Assembly: GCA_965242525.1 (NCBI GenBank)
Contig: OZ251459.1
Location: forward strand, 3,488,001 to 3,552,000
DNA length: 64,000 bases
Direction of reading: 5' to 3'
From: an uncultured Candidatus Binatia bacterium
GTDB lineage: Bacteria; Desulfobacterota; Binatia; UBA9968; JAJDTQ01
Shown here in pieces: positions 30,115 to 40,082 of this stretch (its first letter is position 1; the number at the start of each line of letters is the position of its first letter). Made by a program: the position numbers and the translations under genes. The notes beneath the pieces were generated by a model that ran no database searches, was not told the origin of the DNA, and was given only the letters and a program-made list of their open reading frames with translations.

Positions 30115-30993
30115 TCAGTCCTTGGGCTTCGACCTCGGCCCGAAGGGCTCGGGTTGGAACGGTCCGTCGCGCAGTTGCAGGTACTCCCGGATGTTCTTCT
30201 CCCGGGCCTCGTTCAGGGGACGGCGGTGCTCCTCCCGCAGCATGACGTGGGCGGGGGCCGATAGCTGGGAGTCCAGCAGGAGGGCGTCGCGCAGGCCCAT
30301 CATCTCCATTCCCAGTGTGGCGATGGCGAGGTTGATCTTCACCGTCTCCGGCGGCACCAGGGCGATGCGCTCCACCAGCTCGAAGCACTCGTCCAGCAGC
30401 CGGTCGTGGGGCGTTACCTTGATGACCAAGCCGATGCGCAGGGCCTCATGGGCGTCGATGTGGTCCCCCACCAGGCCGTAGCGGAGCGAGTTCTTGACCC
30501 CCGCGAGCAGGGTCCACAAAAAGCTCGTGTTGGAGCCGTGGCGCACCTCGGGCTGGGCGAACACCGCGTTCTCCGACGCGATGGTGATGTGGGTGCACAG
30601 GGCGAGCCACGAACCCGCGCCCATGGCCCAGCCGTTGACGGCGCCGATCACCGGCTTGTCCAGTTCCCACAGCCGCAGGAACTCGTTGCCCTCGCGCCCG
30701 CGCCAGGAATCGATCCAGTCGGAAGCGGACTGTCCAGCGGGCACACCGTAAGGCCATTCGAGGTCGCGCCGCCGGCCGGGCTTGGGTCCCTGGTCCATGC
30801 CCGCGGAAAAGGCGCGCCCGGCGCCGGTGAGGACGATGGCGCGAACATCGGGATCGGCCACGGCCTCGTCCAGCGCGGCCGACAACTCGGTCTGGACCGT
30901 GGGGCTGATGGCGTTCATCACCTGCGGGCGGTTGAGGGTGATGAGCGCGCCCGAGCCGCGCTTCTCGTAGAGGATCTCGGAGTAGTCTCCCAT
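30115..30993 (-). CDS. Enoyl-CoA hydratase/isomerase (crotonase) family protein, paralogue of the adjacent gene
   Basis: TLNRPQVMNAI, FSAGMD, KPVIGAVNG, FAQPE; shares RIALVPPETVKINLAIAT-like and PEPFGPRS segments with its neighbour. Confidence 0.9.
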   Translation of the reverse strand: MGDYSEILYEKRGSGALITLNRPQVMNAISPTVQTELSAALDEAVADPDVRAIVLTGAGRAFSAGMDQGPKPGRRRDLEWPYGVPAGQSASDWIDSWRGREGNEFLRLWELDKPVIGAVNGWAMGAGSWLALCTHITIASENAVFAQPEVRHGSNTSFLWTLLAGVKNSLRYGLVGDHIDAHEALRIGLVIKVTPHDRLLDECFELVERIALVPPETVKINLAIATLGMEMMGLRDALLLDSQLSAPAHVMLREEHRRPLNEAREKNIREYLQLRDGPFQPEPFGPRSKPKD

Positions 30994-31116
30994 GGGTAGG
31001 CCCCTCTCCTTGGGCGCAGCGCAACCGGACCGCGGTCCACATGCCGTTGACGCGCCGCGGGACAGGACACTAGCAGATCGGACCGGGCATGGCGAGCATG
31101 AGGCTATCGTTCGAGG

Positions 31117-31752
31117 CTACCGTTCCTTCTTCCAGACGATCCGGTAGATGCCGGCCACCTTCGAGAGCGGCAGGACGATGGGGTCGTAGCCGTGGGCGAC
31201 GCTGAGGAGCACCAGGTTGTCGGTCTCCTTCCTGACCCGCTTGATCAGGTACTCGCCTTCCACGGTCTTCACCACGCAGTAGTCGCCGGAGCGCCATTCC
31301 CTGCCCGGCGAACACACCACGACCTCCCTGTTTTCGTAACGCGGGCTCATGGAGTCGCCGCGGACCTCCACCCCGAAGGCGTAGGCGTCCTCCAGGTCGT
31401 AGGGCCGCGCCACCCGGCTCCACCCCTCTCCCACCGGGAAGCCGTCCTCGGAGAACTCGCCCCGGCCCGCGCCCGCACGCCCCACCACCGGCAGGTCGTC
31501 CGGCACGTGGCCGGACACGTCCCGCACCTGGTCGCTGGTGGACAGCAGCCACTCCAGGGAGACCCCGCACACCGCGGCCAAACGATGGAGGATCGCGGAC
31601 TGCGGCGCCCGGTCCCCGGCCATGTAGTTATAGACCGCGGTCTTGGAGACCCCCGCCCGGGCCGCCACCTCTGCGGGATCCCGGCCCGACAGGGCGAGGG
31701 TGATGCGGCGCGCGAGGTCCGTCCTGGGCAACCTTGTCTTTTGCCTTGGCAT
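31117..31752 (-). CDS. XRE-family HTH / peptidase S24 (CI/LexA-like) repressor
   Basis: HTH EVAARAGVSKTAVYNY, Ala-Gly cleavage site GRAGAG, catalytic Ser (GDSM) and Lys (IKR). Confidence 0.92.
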   Translation of the reverse strand: MPRQKTRLPRTDLARRITLALSGRDPAEVAARAGVSKTAVYNYMAGDRAPQSAILHRLAAVCGVSLEWLLSTSDQVRDVSGHVPDDLPVVGRAGAGRGEFSEDGFPVGEGWSRVARPYDLEDAYAFGVEVRGDSMSPRYENREVVVCSPGREWRSGDYCVVKTVEGEYLIKRVRKETDNLVLLSVAHGYDPIVLPLSKVAGIYRIVWKKER

Positions 31753-31780
31753 GGTGTATCCGTGCCCGACTGAAAAAAAG

Positions 31781-31821
31781 GCTTGACAAGATAGTAATCA
31801 ATTGTTAACTATAAGTCAAGC
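31781..31821. promoter_or_regulatory. 41-bp imperfect palindrome holding overlapping divergent sigma70 promoters (operator)
   Basis: GCTTGACAAGATAGTAATCAATTGTTAACTATAAGTCAAGC; minus strand TTGACT-17-TACTAT; plus strand TTGACA-16-TTAACT. Confidence 0.78.
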
Positions 31822-31879
31822 GCAAGGCAGAACCCGAAAACCGAAAGCGCGAACCGAACCGAGCAAAGGAGCGGAAACG

Positions 31880-32161
31880 ATGGCAAGCGGGACGAAACGG
31901 CATCTGAAACCGGTGCCGCGGGGGAAAGGCCCGAAGAAATGGGTCGAGGTGGACGCTTCCCTGATAGGGCTGTCGGTCCTTGCCGCCCTGAACAACTTGG
32001 ACCAGGGCGAGGACGGGGAAACGGACGTGGACGTGGGCGGCCGCACCGTCCGGATTCGCTTCGACCCGCTGAAGAAGCGCATCCTGATGTTCGAACTCAA
32101 GAAGCAGCCCCGGAACCGCACTTCCCGCCTCGCCAGCCCCAAGACCAAGACCATCCACTGA
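31880..32161 (+). CDS. Small basic hypothetical protein (93 aa), divergent from the repressor
   Basis: RBS AAGGAG before ATG 31880; GC3-rich codons; no family recognised. Confidence 0.7.
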   Translation: MASGTKRHLKPVPRGKGPKKWVEVDASLIGLSVLAALNNLDQGEDGETDVDVGGRTVRIRFDPLKKRILMFELKKQPRNRTSRLASPKTKTIH

Positions 32162-32171
32162 AACCGGCCCC

Positions 32172-32244
32172 GGCAGGGAACCGGGCTCCGGGCCGCGGCG
32201 AGGAGAGGACTCCAGCCGAGGGCCGCAAGCCCGGTTCCCCTGCC
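32172..32244. other. Long stem-loop (terminator or structured RNA)
   Basis: Arms GGCAGGGAACCGGGCT and AGCCCGGTTCCCCTGCC with additional inner pairing. Confidence 0.55.
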
Positions 32245-32299
32245 TCTGTATCCCTTCCAGCCTCCGCAGCCATCGCCGGCCCTGACCTTGGGCGCCGCT

Positions 32300-32397
32300 T
32301 TCTCGCAGGCCATTATCCGGGCGCGCATCGTGCAGATGCGCTACTACACCGCCTCGCGTAACCGCACCGGTCGCCGGGAAGTGGACCCCTACAGGTC
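32300..32397 (+). pseudogene. WYL-domain fragment
   Basis: QAIIRARIVQMRYYTASRNRTGRREVDPYR fits the WYL start pattern AI...V.M.Y......R.VDPY; cut off next to a MITE. Confidence 0.65.
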
Positions 32398-32420
32398 CTG
32401 TATCACGATGGTTCTCTGTC

Positions 32421-32547
32421 AAGGAGACTCTAAACAATCGGGCAAGGGGCATGAGCGCGTCCTTCGACTCCGCTTCGCTACGCTCAGGACGAACGGGGTC
32501 AGGAGGAGGAAATTCATCCTCCTGTCTCGATTGTTCAGACGTTCCTT
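32421..32547 (+). mobile_element. MITE family A, full copy (subtype 2)
   Basis: Ends AAGGAGACTCTAAACAATC and GATTGTTCAGACGTTCCTT enclose the core. Confidence 0.78.
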
Positions 32548-32749
32548 CAAGAGGCTTCTTCATCCGAAGTCAATGGCCAACAGCATGGAAACCAAGGTCG
32601 TCGCCCAGGCCGACGACGACGCGAGGCGACGTCATCAACCACATCAGGGGAGGATTCGAGCGGCTCCGGGACACTATGACAAGGGTACAGACCGCGGGGC
32701 GCCCTCCCCGAGGGGATCGGACCGCGTAGAGGAGAGATCCAGCGAAGAG

Positions 32750-32799
32750 CCCCGTTCGTCCTGAGCGTAGCGAAGCAAAGTCGAAGGATGCGCTTTCCC
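32750..32799 (-). repeat. Family A core without terminal repeats
   Basis: CCCCGTTCGTCCTGAGCGTAGCGAAGCAAAGTCGAAGGATGCGCTTTCCC. Confidence 0.8.
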
Positions 32800-32896
32800 G
32801 TAATCGCCTTTGCCGCACCGGCACGGACTGCTACAAGAGACCGCGGAACAGGCCGTGCGGAGAGGCTGCGGCCAGGGACCGGAAAGGAGACGCGAC

Positions 32897-33271
32897 ATGG
32901 GGGACGACGCGCGCAAGGCGTTCGAGGAGGTTTCGCTGGGGGCCGCGAACAGGGCCTACGACATCATCGCCGACCTGGACCCCGAATACGCCAGGCATCT
33001 CGCGGGGTTGTTCGTGGACGGGACCTTCGGACGCGAAGGCGCCCTCGACCGGAAGACCAAGGAGTTGATCATGGTCGGCATCACCTGCGCGCTGAACCGC
33101 GCGCGGGGCGTCCGGCTCCACAGCGAGCGCGCCCTCGAGCTGGGGGCCACGCCCCGGCAAGTCCTGGAAGCGGTGGAAGTGGCGGCCATACCCGGCGGCA
33201 TGCCGGGGCTGTGGCTCGGGGCCGAGACCCTGGAGGAGATCCTGCGCGAGAAGGGCATCGAGTTCGAATGA
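32897..33271 (+). CDS. Carboxymuconolactone decarboxylase/AhpD family protein
   Basis: LDRKTKELIMVGI, H.ERALELGAT..QVLE, GGMP; RBS AAGGAG. Confidence 0.88.
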   Translation: MGDDARKAFEEVSLGAANRAYDIIADLDPEYARHLAGLFVDGTFGREGALDRKTKELIMVGITCALNRARGVRLHSERALELGATPRQVLEAVEVAAIPGGMPGLWLGAETLEEILREKGIEFE

Positions 33272-34470
33272 TCCCGGCCAACGGCCCGCTGCACGGGGTC
33301 CGGGTGCTGGACCTGTCGAGGGTCCTGGCCGGACCCTACTGCACCATGTTCCTGGGGGACCTGGGCGCCGACGTGGTGAAGGTCGAGCACCCGGGCGCCG
33401 GGGACGACACCCGAAGCTGGGGGCCGCCGTTCCAGGGGGGCGAGAGCGCCTACTTCCTGTGCGTCAACCGCAACAAGCGGAGCGTCACCCTGGACCTCAA
33501 GACCCCGGACGGCATGGAGTTGCTGCGCCGGCTGGCCCTGGAAGCGGACGTGCTGATGGAGAACTTCCGGCCCGGCACGCTGGCGGGCTGGGGACTGTCC
33601 GAAGCGGAGGTCCGGCGGCGGAACCCGCGGCTCATCTACGCGGCGCTCTCGGCCTTCGGCGCCAGCGGACCCATGAAGGACCGTCCCGGCTACGACTTGG
33701 CGGTCCAGGCCTGGGGCGGCTTGATGAGCGTCACCGGCCCGGCCGACGGCGAGCCCTCCAAGGTGGGCGTGGCCATCATCGACGTGGTGGCCGGCCTCAT
33801 GCTGGGCAAGTCCATTGCCGCGGCCCTCTACGCCAGGGAACGGACCGGCCGGGGACAACGCATCGAGACCTCCCTCATGGAGGCGGAGGTGGCGAGCCTC
33901 GTCAACGCCGGGAGCAACTACCTGGTCACCGGCGAGGCGCCCGGCCGCTGGGGCAACGCCCATCCCAACATCGTGCCCTACCAGAGCTTCGCCACCGCGG
34001 ACGGCCATCTCGTGGTGGCGGTGGCCAACGAGGCCATCTGGACGCGGTTCTGTCGGGGGGTGGGCAAGCCCGAACTGGCCGCGGACCCCCGGTTCGACAC
34101 CAACGCGCACAGGGTGGAGAACCGGGACGCGCTCCTCGCCGTCCTCGACGGCATGTTCCGAACGCGCCTCCAGCGGGAGTGGGTGGAGTTGCTGAACCGC
34201 ATCGGAGTCCCCTGCTCCCCGGTGCAGGACATCCGCCAGGTGTTCGATTCCCCCCAGGTGCGGGAAAGGGAGATGCTCCGGGAGATCGACCATCCCACCG
34301 CGGGCAAGGTGCGCATGGCGGGGCTGCCGGTGAAGTTCTCCGAGACTCCGGCCGCCATCCGGCTCCCGCCGCCGCTGCTGGGGGAGCACAACGACCGCGT
34401 GCTGAAGGACTGGCTCGGTCTGGACGACGCCGACGTGGCGGAGTTGCGCAGCAGGGGAGCGCTGGGCTAG
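33268..34470 (+). CDS. Family III CoA-transferase (CaiB/BaiF/Frc-like)
   Basis: GVRVLDLSRVLAGP, NRNKRS, ENFRPG, catalytic Asp in IIDVVAG, PPLLGEH; ATGA overlap with the upstream gene. Confidence 0.93.
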   Translation: MIPANGPLHGVRVLDLSRVLAGPYCTMFLGDLGADVVKVEHPGAGDDTRSWGPPFQGGESAYFLCVNRNKRSVTLDLKTPDGMELLRRLALEADVLMENFRPGTLAGWGLSEAEVRRRNPRLIYAALSAFGASGPMKDRPGYDLAVQAWGGLMSVTGPADGEPSKVGVAIIDVVAGLMLGKSIAAALYARERTGRGQRIETSLMEAEVASLVNAGSNYLVTGEAPGRWGNAHPNIVPYQSFATADGHLVVAVANEAIWTRFCRGVGKPELAADPRFDTNAHRVENRDALLAVLDGMFRTRLQREWVELLNRIGVPCSPVQDIRQVFDSPQVREREMLREIDHPTAGKVRMAGLPVKFSETPAAIRLPPPLLGEHNDRVLKDWLGLDDADVAELRSRGALG

Positions 34471-34490
34471 CAGCGAGAGCCCGTCCGATC

Positions 34491-34648
34491 AAGGGAACGC
34501 CTGGTAATTCCGATTCGAACTCCCCCTCCCTGTGGAAAAGCGCGTCCTTCGACTTCGCTTCGCTACGCTCAGGACGAACGGGGAGAGACCCGGGGGGGCG
34601 GACTGATCTACGTCCTGCGGCGCGCTACGCTCAGGACGAACGAGGAGA
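34491..34648 (+). mobile_element. MITE family A copy plus a partial second core (34623-34648)
   Basis: End AAGGGAACGCCTGGTAATTCC, core 34535-34586, repeat of CGCTACGCTCAGGACGAACG. Confidence 0.75.
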
Positions 34649-34848
34649 GACCTCTGCATAAAGCGGAGCAGACCGGCATGGATGGCGAATTCAATGCATC
34701 GAAGCCCCACGCCCTCCACCAAATCTTCCATCAACCCCATTTCTATCCAAAACTCCCGAAATCCCACTTCAGGAACCTCTGAACTCGAGGTGTCCAGGAT
34801 GGATCCCCTCACCTTCCGATTTCTCGCTATCCACGAACTGGATAAAAA

Positions 34849-34969
34849 CCTGAACAATCGAGGTATCCAAAGTGGATTCCCTCACCCTGACCCTATCTCC
34901 GTTCGTCCTGAGCGTAGCGAAGTCGAAGGACGCGCTCATGGCCCTGCCCTGATTGATCAGAGGTTCCTT
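34849..34969 (-). mobile_element. MITE family A copy (subtype 2)
   Basis: CCTGAACAATCG ... core ... GATTGATCAGAGGTTCCTT; reverse-complement match to 32421-32547. Confidence 0.75.
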
Positions 34970-35040
34970 TAAGCAGAGGTCTCGGTGATAATGGTCCAGG
35001 GTTTCCCGGTCGGGAATCCAGCGCGGCGAGGAGGGACGCA

Positions 35041-35499
35041 ATGCGGCATGGCATGACCTGCGAGGAGTTTCGCCCGGGCGACGTCCACCGGACCGCCCGG
35101 CGCACCGTCACGGAGACCGACGTGGTCCAGTTCGTCAACCTGGCCGGCCTCACGGAGCCCCTGTTCATGGACGCCGAGTACATGCGGGACGAGACCGAGT
35201 ACGGCGAGCGCATCGCTCCCGGAAGCCTGACCTTCGCCCTGGCAGAGGGACTGACCACCCAGACCGGGATGCTGCACGGCACGGGCCTGGCTTTCGTCGG
35301 ACTCGCGGGCATGCGCCTGTACCGGCCGGTGAAGGTCGGGGACACCGTAAGCGTCGAGATCGAGGTACGGGACGTCCGGCCCACGCGCTCCCGCAACGCG
35401 GGCATCGTCCGCTGCCGGCAGGTGGTGAAGAACCAGCGAGGGGAGACGGTGATGGACTACACGGTGGACCGCCTGATCCGAGGCAAGCCCCCCTCGTGA
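35041..35499 (+). CDS. MaoC/PaaZ-like hotdog-fold dehydratase
   Basis: RRTVTETDVVQF, PLFMDAEY, YGERIAPG, PVKVGDTV, NQRGETV. Confidence 0.9.
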   Translation: MRHGMTCEEFRPGDVHRTARRTVTETDVVQFVNLAGLTEPLFMDAEYMRDETEYGERIAPGSLTFALAEGLTTQTGMLHGTGLAFVGLAGMRLYRPVKVGDTVSVEIEVRDVRPTRSRNAGIVRCRQVVKNQRGETVMDYTVDRLIRGKPPS

Positions 35500-35591
35500 C
35501 GGAAGGCGCCCGGAGCGCGTCGTGACGGGACTCGGGTGGCGCGCGGCGGCAACCTCGTGACCGAAGGCGCCCGGGGTCCGGAGGCCCGGCG

Positions 35592-36644
35592 TCATTTGGG
35601 GGTCCGGCGGTCGCCGGCCGGAGCCTCGGGGAAGAGCACTTTCCGGAGCTTCACCGCGAACGCCGGACTCATCTCGAACAAGCCCTTGACGCGCCTGGCG
35701 ATCTCGGCGCCAGGCACCGGCCGGACGTCCAGCCCCTGCTTGCGGGCCTCGGCGAGGAACGCCGGGTCCGCCGCGGTGTCGGCAAACGCCTTGCGGAGGA
35801 CCGCCGCGGTCTCGTCCGGCGTCCCGGGCGGAAGCGAATAGGCGCGCGCGATGGTGGCGGGATCGTGCACGCCGTGGACCATGAGGAGGCGGGCGTCCTC
35901 GGACTCGGCCAAGTCCGGGGCGTTGGGGACCGACGGCAGGTCCGGATGAGGCTCGGTCATGGCCTGGAGCACCACTCTGGCGTCTCCCGCGGCCAGCATC
36001 TTCCGCCACGCCTCCTCCATGGCCCGCCAGTATCCGCAACCGCCCTCCACTTCCCGACTCTGCGCGGCCAGACGCACCTTCACCGGCCCCCCGTACCCGT
36101 CGATGAGCTTGACGGGCAGACCCAGGGCCGCGGCGAAGACCCGCGCCATGTTGGCGGCCACGTCGTTCCGGCCGACGCCTCCCAGCTTGACGGGCCGCTC
36201 GGCGCCGGCCCAAGCCGCCAAGTCCGCGGCGCCGCTCGCCCGGGTCAGGACGCAGACGGGGTGCAGGGGGGCCAACGCCCCCACCCAGGCGAACCGCCGG
36301 GTGTCGAACTGGACTTCCCGGCTGCCGAATACCTGGTCGAGGACGAGGGCGCCGGGCCAGTGGCCGACGGTCCGTCCGTCGGGCCTGGCGTTGCGGTAGA
36401 TGTGCTCGGCCGCCACCGAGCCGCCGCCGCCGGCCATGTTCTCCACCGCCACGCGGGGCCGGTCCGGCAGATGGCGGCCCATGTGCGCCGCAAGCGTGCG
36501 TGTGTATCTGTCGAAGACGCTCTGGGCGCCGGCCCCCACCACGAACGTCAGGGGGGGCGGCTGGGCGGAAGCGTGGGCGCCGAAGACCGGCGGGAAGGCC
36601 AGCAGCAAGGCTGCGACGAGAATACCGGGGGAGAGGATCGCCAC
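35592..36644 (-). CDS. TctC/Bug family substrate-binding protein (divergent)
   Basis: FDRYTRTLAAHMGRHLP, VENMAGGGG, ARPDG, YSLPPGTP. Confidence 0.85.
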   Translation of the reverse strand: MAILSPGILVAALLLAFPPVFGAHASAQPPPLTFVVGAGAQSVFDRYTRTLAAHMGRHLPDRPRVAVENMAGGGGSVAAEHIYRNARPDGRTVGHWPGALVLDQVFGSREVQFDTRRFAWVGALAPLHPVCVLTRASGAADLAAWAGAERPVKLGGVGRNDVAANMARVFAAALGLPVKLIDGYGGPVKVRLAAQSREVEGGCGYWRAMEEAWRKMLAAGDARVVLQAMTEPHPDLPSVPNAPDLAESEDARLLMVHGVHDPATIARAYSLPPGTPDETAAVLRKAFADTAADPAFLAEARKQGLDVRPVPGAEIARRVKGLFEMSPAFAVKLRKVLFPEAPAGDRRTPK

Positions 36645-36696
36645 CGCCGTCCACCTCTCGGCGGGATCCCGTGGGCCGGGGCCCGCGGGCGTCCGC

Positions 36697-37839
36697 TCAG
36701 GCGCCGTTCAATTGCGGCATGACCTCCTTGTGGAACCGGTCCAGGGAATCGATCACCTTGTCGTGGGCCAGGTTGCCGATGTGGAACATGCCCATGAAGT
36801 GCTCGGCGCCGATCTGGCTCATCTGCCGGTTGACCTGCCGCGCCACGGTGTCGGGGCTGCCGGCGATGACGAACCCCGTCTCCAGGAGCTGCTCCCAGCT
36901 CATGGGATGGAAGTTGACGCGCTCCTGGTTGCCTTCGCGGAAGTAGTTGAAGGACTTGGCGCTGACCATGGCCTCCTTCACCTTCCGCTGGTCCATGGCG
37001 ACGTCCGTCTTGGCCTCGTTGAAGCCCCGGTTCCACAGCGTGAAGAAGTACCGGAGCGGCGGCTCCGCAACCGCGCGTGCCTGTTCGTCGGTCTCGCCCA
37101 CGTAGATGTGGCGGCAGAGGACGAACTTGTCGGGGCCGCTCTCCCACCCCTGTTCCCCGGCCATGCGGCGGTAGTAGCCGAAGGTGTCCTCGATCTGGTC
37201 CGTGGTCTGATAGACCTGGGCGATGGGGATCTTGCGCTGGACGCACCATTCGATGGACTCGGCGCTGCGCGCCGCCACCCAGACGGGCGGGTGCGGCTGC
37301 TGCATGGGCCTGGGCCAGATGGCGCAGTTCTCGAACTGGAAGAACTCGCCCCGGTAGCTCCATACCGGCTCGGTCCAGGCCGTCATGATGACGTCGAACG
37401 CCTCGCCGAACCGCCCCCGGGACTCCTGGGGCTTGACGTTGTACCACAGGTATTCCGACGGGATGCCGCGGACGAACCCCGCGATCAACCGTCCCTGGGA
37501 CAGGCAGTCGAGCATGGCGTATTCCTCGGCCACGCGCACCGGGTGCTGCCGCAGCGGCAGGATGTTGCCGAGGACGCCGATCTTGATGCGTCGGGTCTTC
37601 TGGCTCAGGGCCGCGGCGATGAGGTTGGGCGAAGGCATGGTGCCGTAGGCGCTGTAGTGGTGCTCGTTGAAGACCACGCCCTCAAACCCCAACTCCTCGC
37701 AATAGGCCATTTCCTCCAGGTGCTCCCGGTAGTTGCGCGAGCCCACCGGCGGATCGAAGTAGGTGCTCGGAACCGGCGTGCCCGGGACGTCCTCGGGAAC
37801 TTCCGGGTACGCCAGCAGGTCGAAGTTATAGACTTTCAT
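36697..37839 (-). CDS. LLM-class (luciferase-like) flavin-dependent oxidoreductase
   Basis: EELGFEGVVFNEHH, HPVRVAEEYAMLD, GRLIAGF, PRPMQQPHPP. Confidence 0.93.
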   Translation of the reverse strand: MKVYNFDLLAYPEVPEDVPGTPVPSTYFDPPVGSRNYREHLEEMAYCEELGFEGVVFNEHHYSAYGTMPSPNLIAAALSQKTRRIKIGVLGNILPLRQHPVRVAEEYAMLDCLSQGRLIAGFVRGIPSEYLWYNVKPQESRGRFGEAFDVIMTAWTEPVWSYRGEFFQFENCAIWPRPMQQPHPPVWVAARSAESIEWCVQRKIPIAQVYQTTDQIEDTFGYYRRMAGEQGWESGPDKFVLCRHIYVGETDEQARAVAEPPLRYFFTLWNRGFNEAKTDVAMDQRKVKEAMVSAKSFNYFREGNQERVNFHPMSWEQLLETGFVIAGSPDTVARQVNRQMSQIGAEHFMGMFHIGNLAHDKVIDSLDRFHKEVMPQLNGA

Positions 37840-38014
37840 GAGGGTGCTTCTCCTTTGCGGGCCGCCTTCCCGCGGGCGCGGGCCGGCCGCGTCTCCGTCC
37901 TGGGAGTCCTGACACGGGAGACTAGTCCCATCCCCCGGCCACTGTCAATCGACGGCGCCCCCGGGGACCCGCCGAAGCGGGCGGAAGGTCCCGGACCGCC
38001 GGGCCGGCCGCGGG

Positions 38015-40014
38015 TCATCCCGTCAGCATCCCCGTGAGCACGCCCGGCGGGAACGGAAGGCTCAACGAATGGACGAAGACCGCGTAGAAGCCCGCCCAAC
38101 CGAACAACGCCAGCAGGACGCTGGTGAGCCATCTCTCCCCGGCGCCCGCCTTGAGGAAGAGGAAGGTGCAGAGCGGGACCGTGACGGAGAAGCCGAGCAG
38201 CCAGATGGAGGCGAAGAAGCCGAGGATCCAGCCCACGATGGCCGCGGTCCGCCTGACGGTCCGGGTTTCGACGGGCCCGGGCGCTCCCCCGCGCCGGAAG
38301 AACCCCGCCACGTCGAGCCCCGACTGGGCAAGCGCCAGGACCAGCCCCGGGAACCCGATGGCCCAGGGGAAGAGGCTCGCCCGGAAGCCCCAGTCCCGGG
38401 ACTGCCACACGCCCCAGGCGAACCCCGCCACGATGAGCAGGGAGAAGGCCATGTGCCAGACGGTGAGGGGCGCCGCGGCCTCCGCGGTCGGCTTCGCGGC
38501 CTCCGGGTCTCCCGCGGGCCCTCGCCCGGCGTCCCGCCGACGCTGGTAGAGGGGGTAGAGTATGCCCGCCAGGATATGGCGCCGATGACCAGCACCCCCG
38601 GAAAGCCCAGCCACGCCCAGCCGTAGTTGTCGGTGGCCAGGAACAGGTTCTTCTCCGCCAGGGAACCGAGCACGAGACCCAGCAGGAGCGGCGGGCGCGG
38701 CCAGTCGAGCTGCACCATGACCCACCCCAGTAGCCCGAAGGCCAGCACCACGATGAGGTCCTCGAACGCGTTGTTCTGGGCGAAGCCCCCCAGGTAGATG
38801 AGCACCAGCAGGAAGGGGATGACCAGGCTGCCGCGGACCTCGGTGATGCGCGCCAGTTGCTTGAGGAAGACGAAGCAGACGGAGACCGTGATGACGTTGG
38901 AGACCACGACGATCCACACGAACGAGAACGTCAGGTCCAGGTGGCCGCCCTGGCTTGCGGGCAGGAGCATCGGGGGTCCGGGGACCAGGCCCTGGATGAT
39001 GAAGGCCCCGAGGAGGATGGCCATGGTGACGCTGCCGGGCACGCCGAACGCGATGGTGGGCACCAGCGCGCCCCCCAGGTTGGAGTTGTTGGCTGCGCCC
39101 GGCCCCAGCACCCCTTCCACCGCCCCCTTGCCGAAGCGGTCCTTGTCGGGCGAGGTCTGGACCGCGTGGGCGTACGCCACCCACTGGGAGACGGCGCCGC
39201 CCATGCCCGGGATGATCCCGATGTAGGTGCCGATGGCGCTGCAACGCAGCACCAGGGCCCAGTGGCGGAAGGTGTCCTTGACCCCCTCCATGACGCCGCC
39301 CAGCTTCTCCACCTTCTCTTCGGCGATGCTGGACCCCTTGACCGACAACTCGATGACCTCGGGGATGGCGAACAGCCCCAGGGTGACGGGCACCAGCTTG
39401 ATGCCGTCCCAGAGGTAGAGGTTGTCGAAGGTGAACCGTTCGATGCCCGATATGGGGTCGAGTCCCACGGTGGCGAGCATGAGGCCCAGGGCCGCGGCGG
39501 TGAGGCCCCGGACCACGGCTCCGCCGCTGAGGGAGGCCAGGAACGTGACCCCCAGCAGCGCGAGCATGAAGAACTCCGGCGACCCGATGGCGAGCACCAG
39601 GGGACGGACCACGGGAATGGCCAGGGCCAGCGCGAAGGCGCCGAAGACGGCGCCCACCAGCGAGCTCATGAGAGAGGCCCCCAGGGCGCGCCCGGCCTCG
39701 CCCTTCTTGGCCATGGGGTGTCCGTCCACGATGGTGGACGCGGTAATGGCTTCGCCCGGGATGCCGAAGAGTATGGAGGTGATGTCCCCGGTGGTGGCGG
39801 TGACCGCGGACATGCCCAGCAGGAAGGCGAAGGCCTCCACCGCCTCCATCTTGAAGATGAACGGCAGCATCAGCGCCAGCGTGACCGGTCCGCCGAGGCC
39901 GGGCAGGATGCCCACGGCGAAGCCGATCACGATGCCCAGGAGCATCAGCGTGAAGGTCGTCGCAGTGAAGACTTGTGCCAGGCCTCCCGCAAAGGCCTGA
40001 AGCATTTCACCCAT
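38015..40014 (-). pseudogene. tctA: TctA-TctB fusion permease interrupted by a 1-nt frameshift near 38575
   Basis: The TctA frame reads ...FPGVLVIGAI and the hydrophobic continuation ILAGILYPLY...SLFPW...LPFPPG lies in another frame; the span is 2000 nt, one short of 667 codons. Confidence 0.8.
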
Positions 40015-40082
40015 GATGATGGATTTCTCCCGGGCGCACGCTCATGTGCGCCCGGGAGACGGTTGCCTCGTCCGAGGCGTGG

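Noticed and set aside
31117-32161. Prophage immunity region
   Set aside because: No integrase, replication or structural genes; flanks are metabolic genes
34650-34850. Short ORFs in the lower-GC spacer between MITE copies
   Set aside because: No recognisable protein motif or RBS in the frames examined
38560-38590. Programmed frameshift in tctA-tctB
   Set aside because: No slippery heptamer or homopolymer; a simple 1-nt loss explains it
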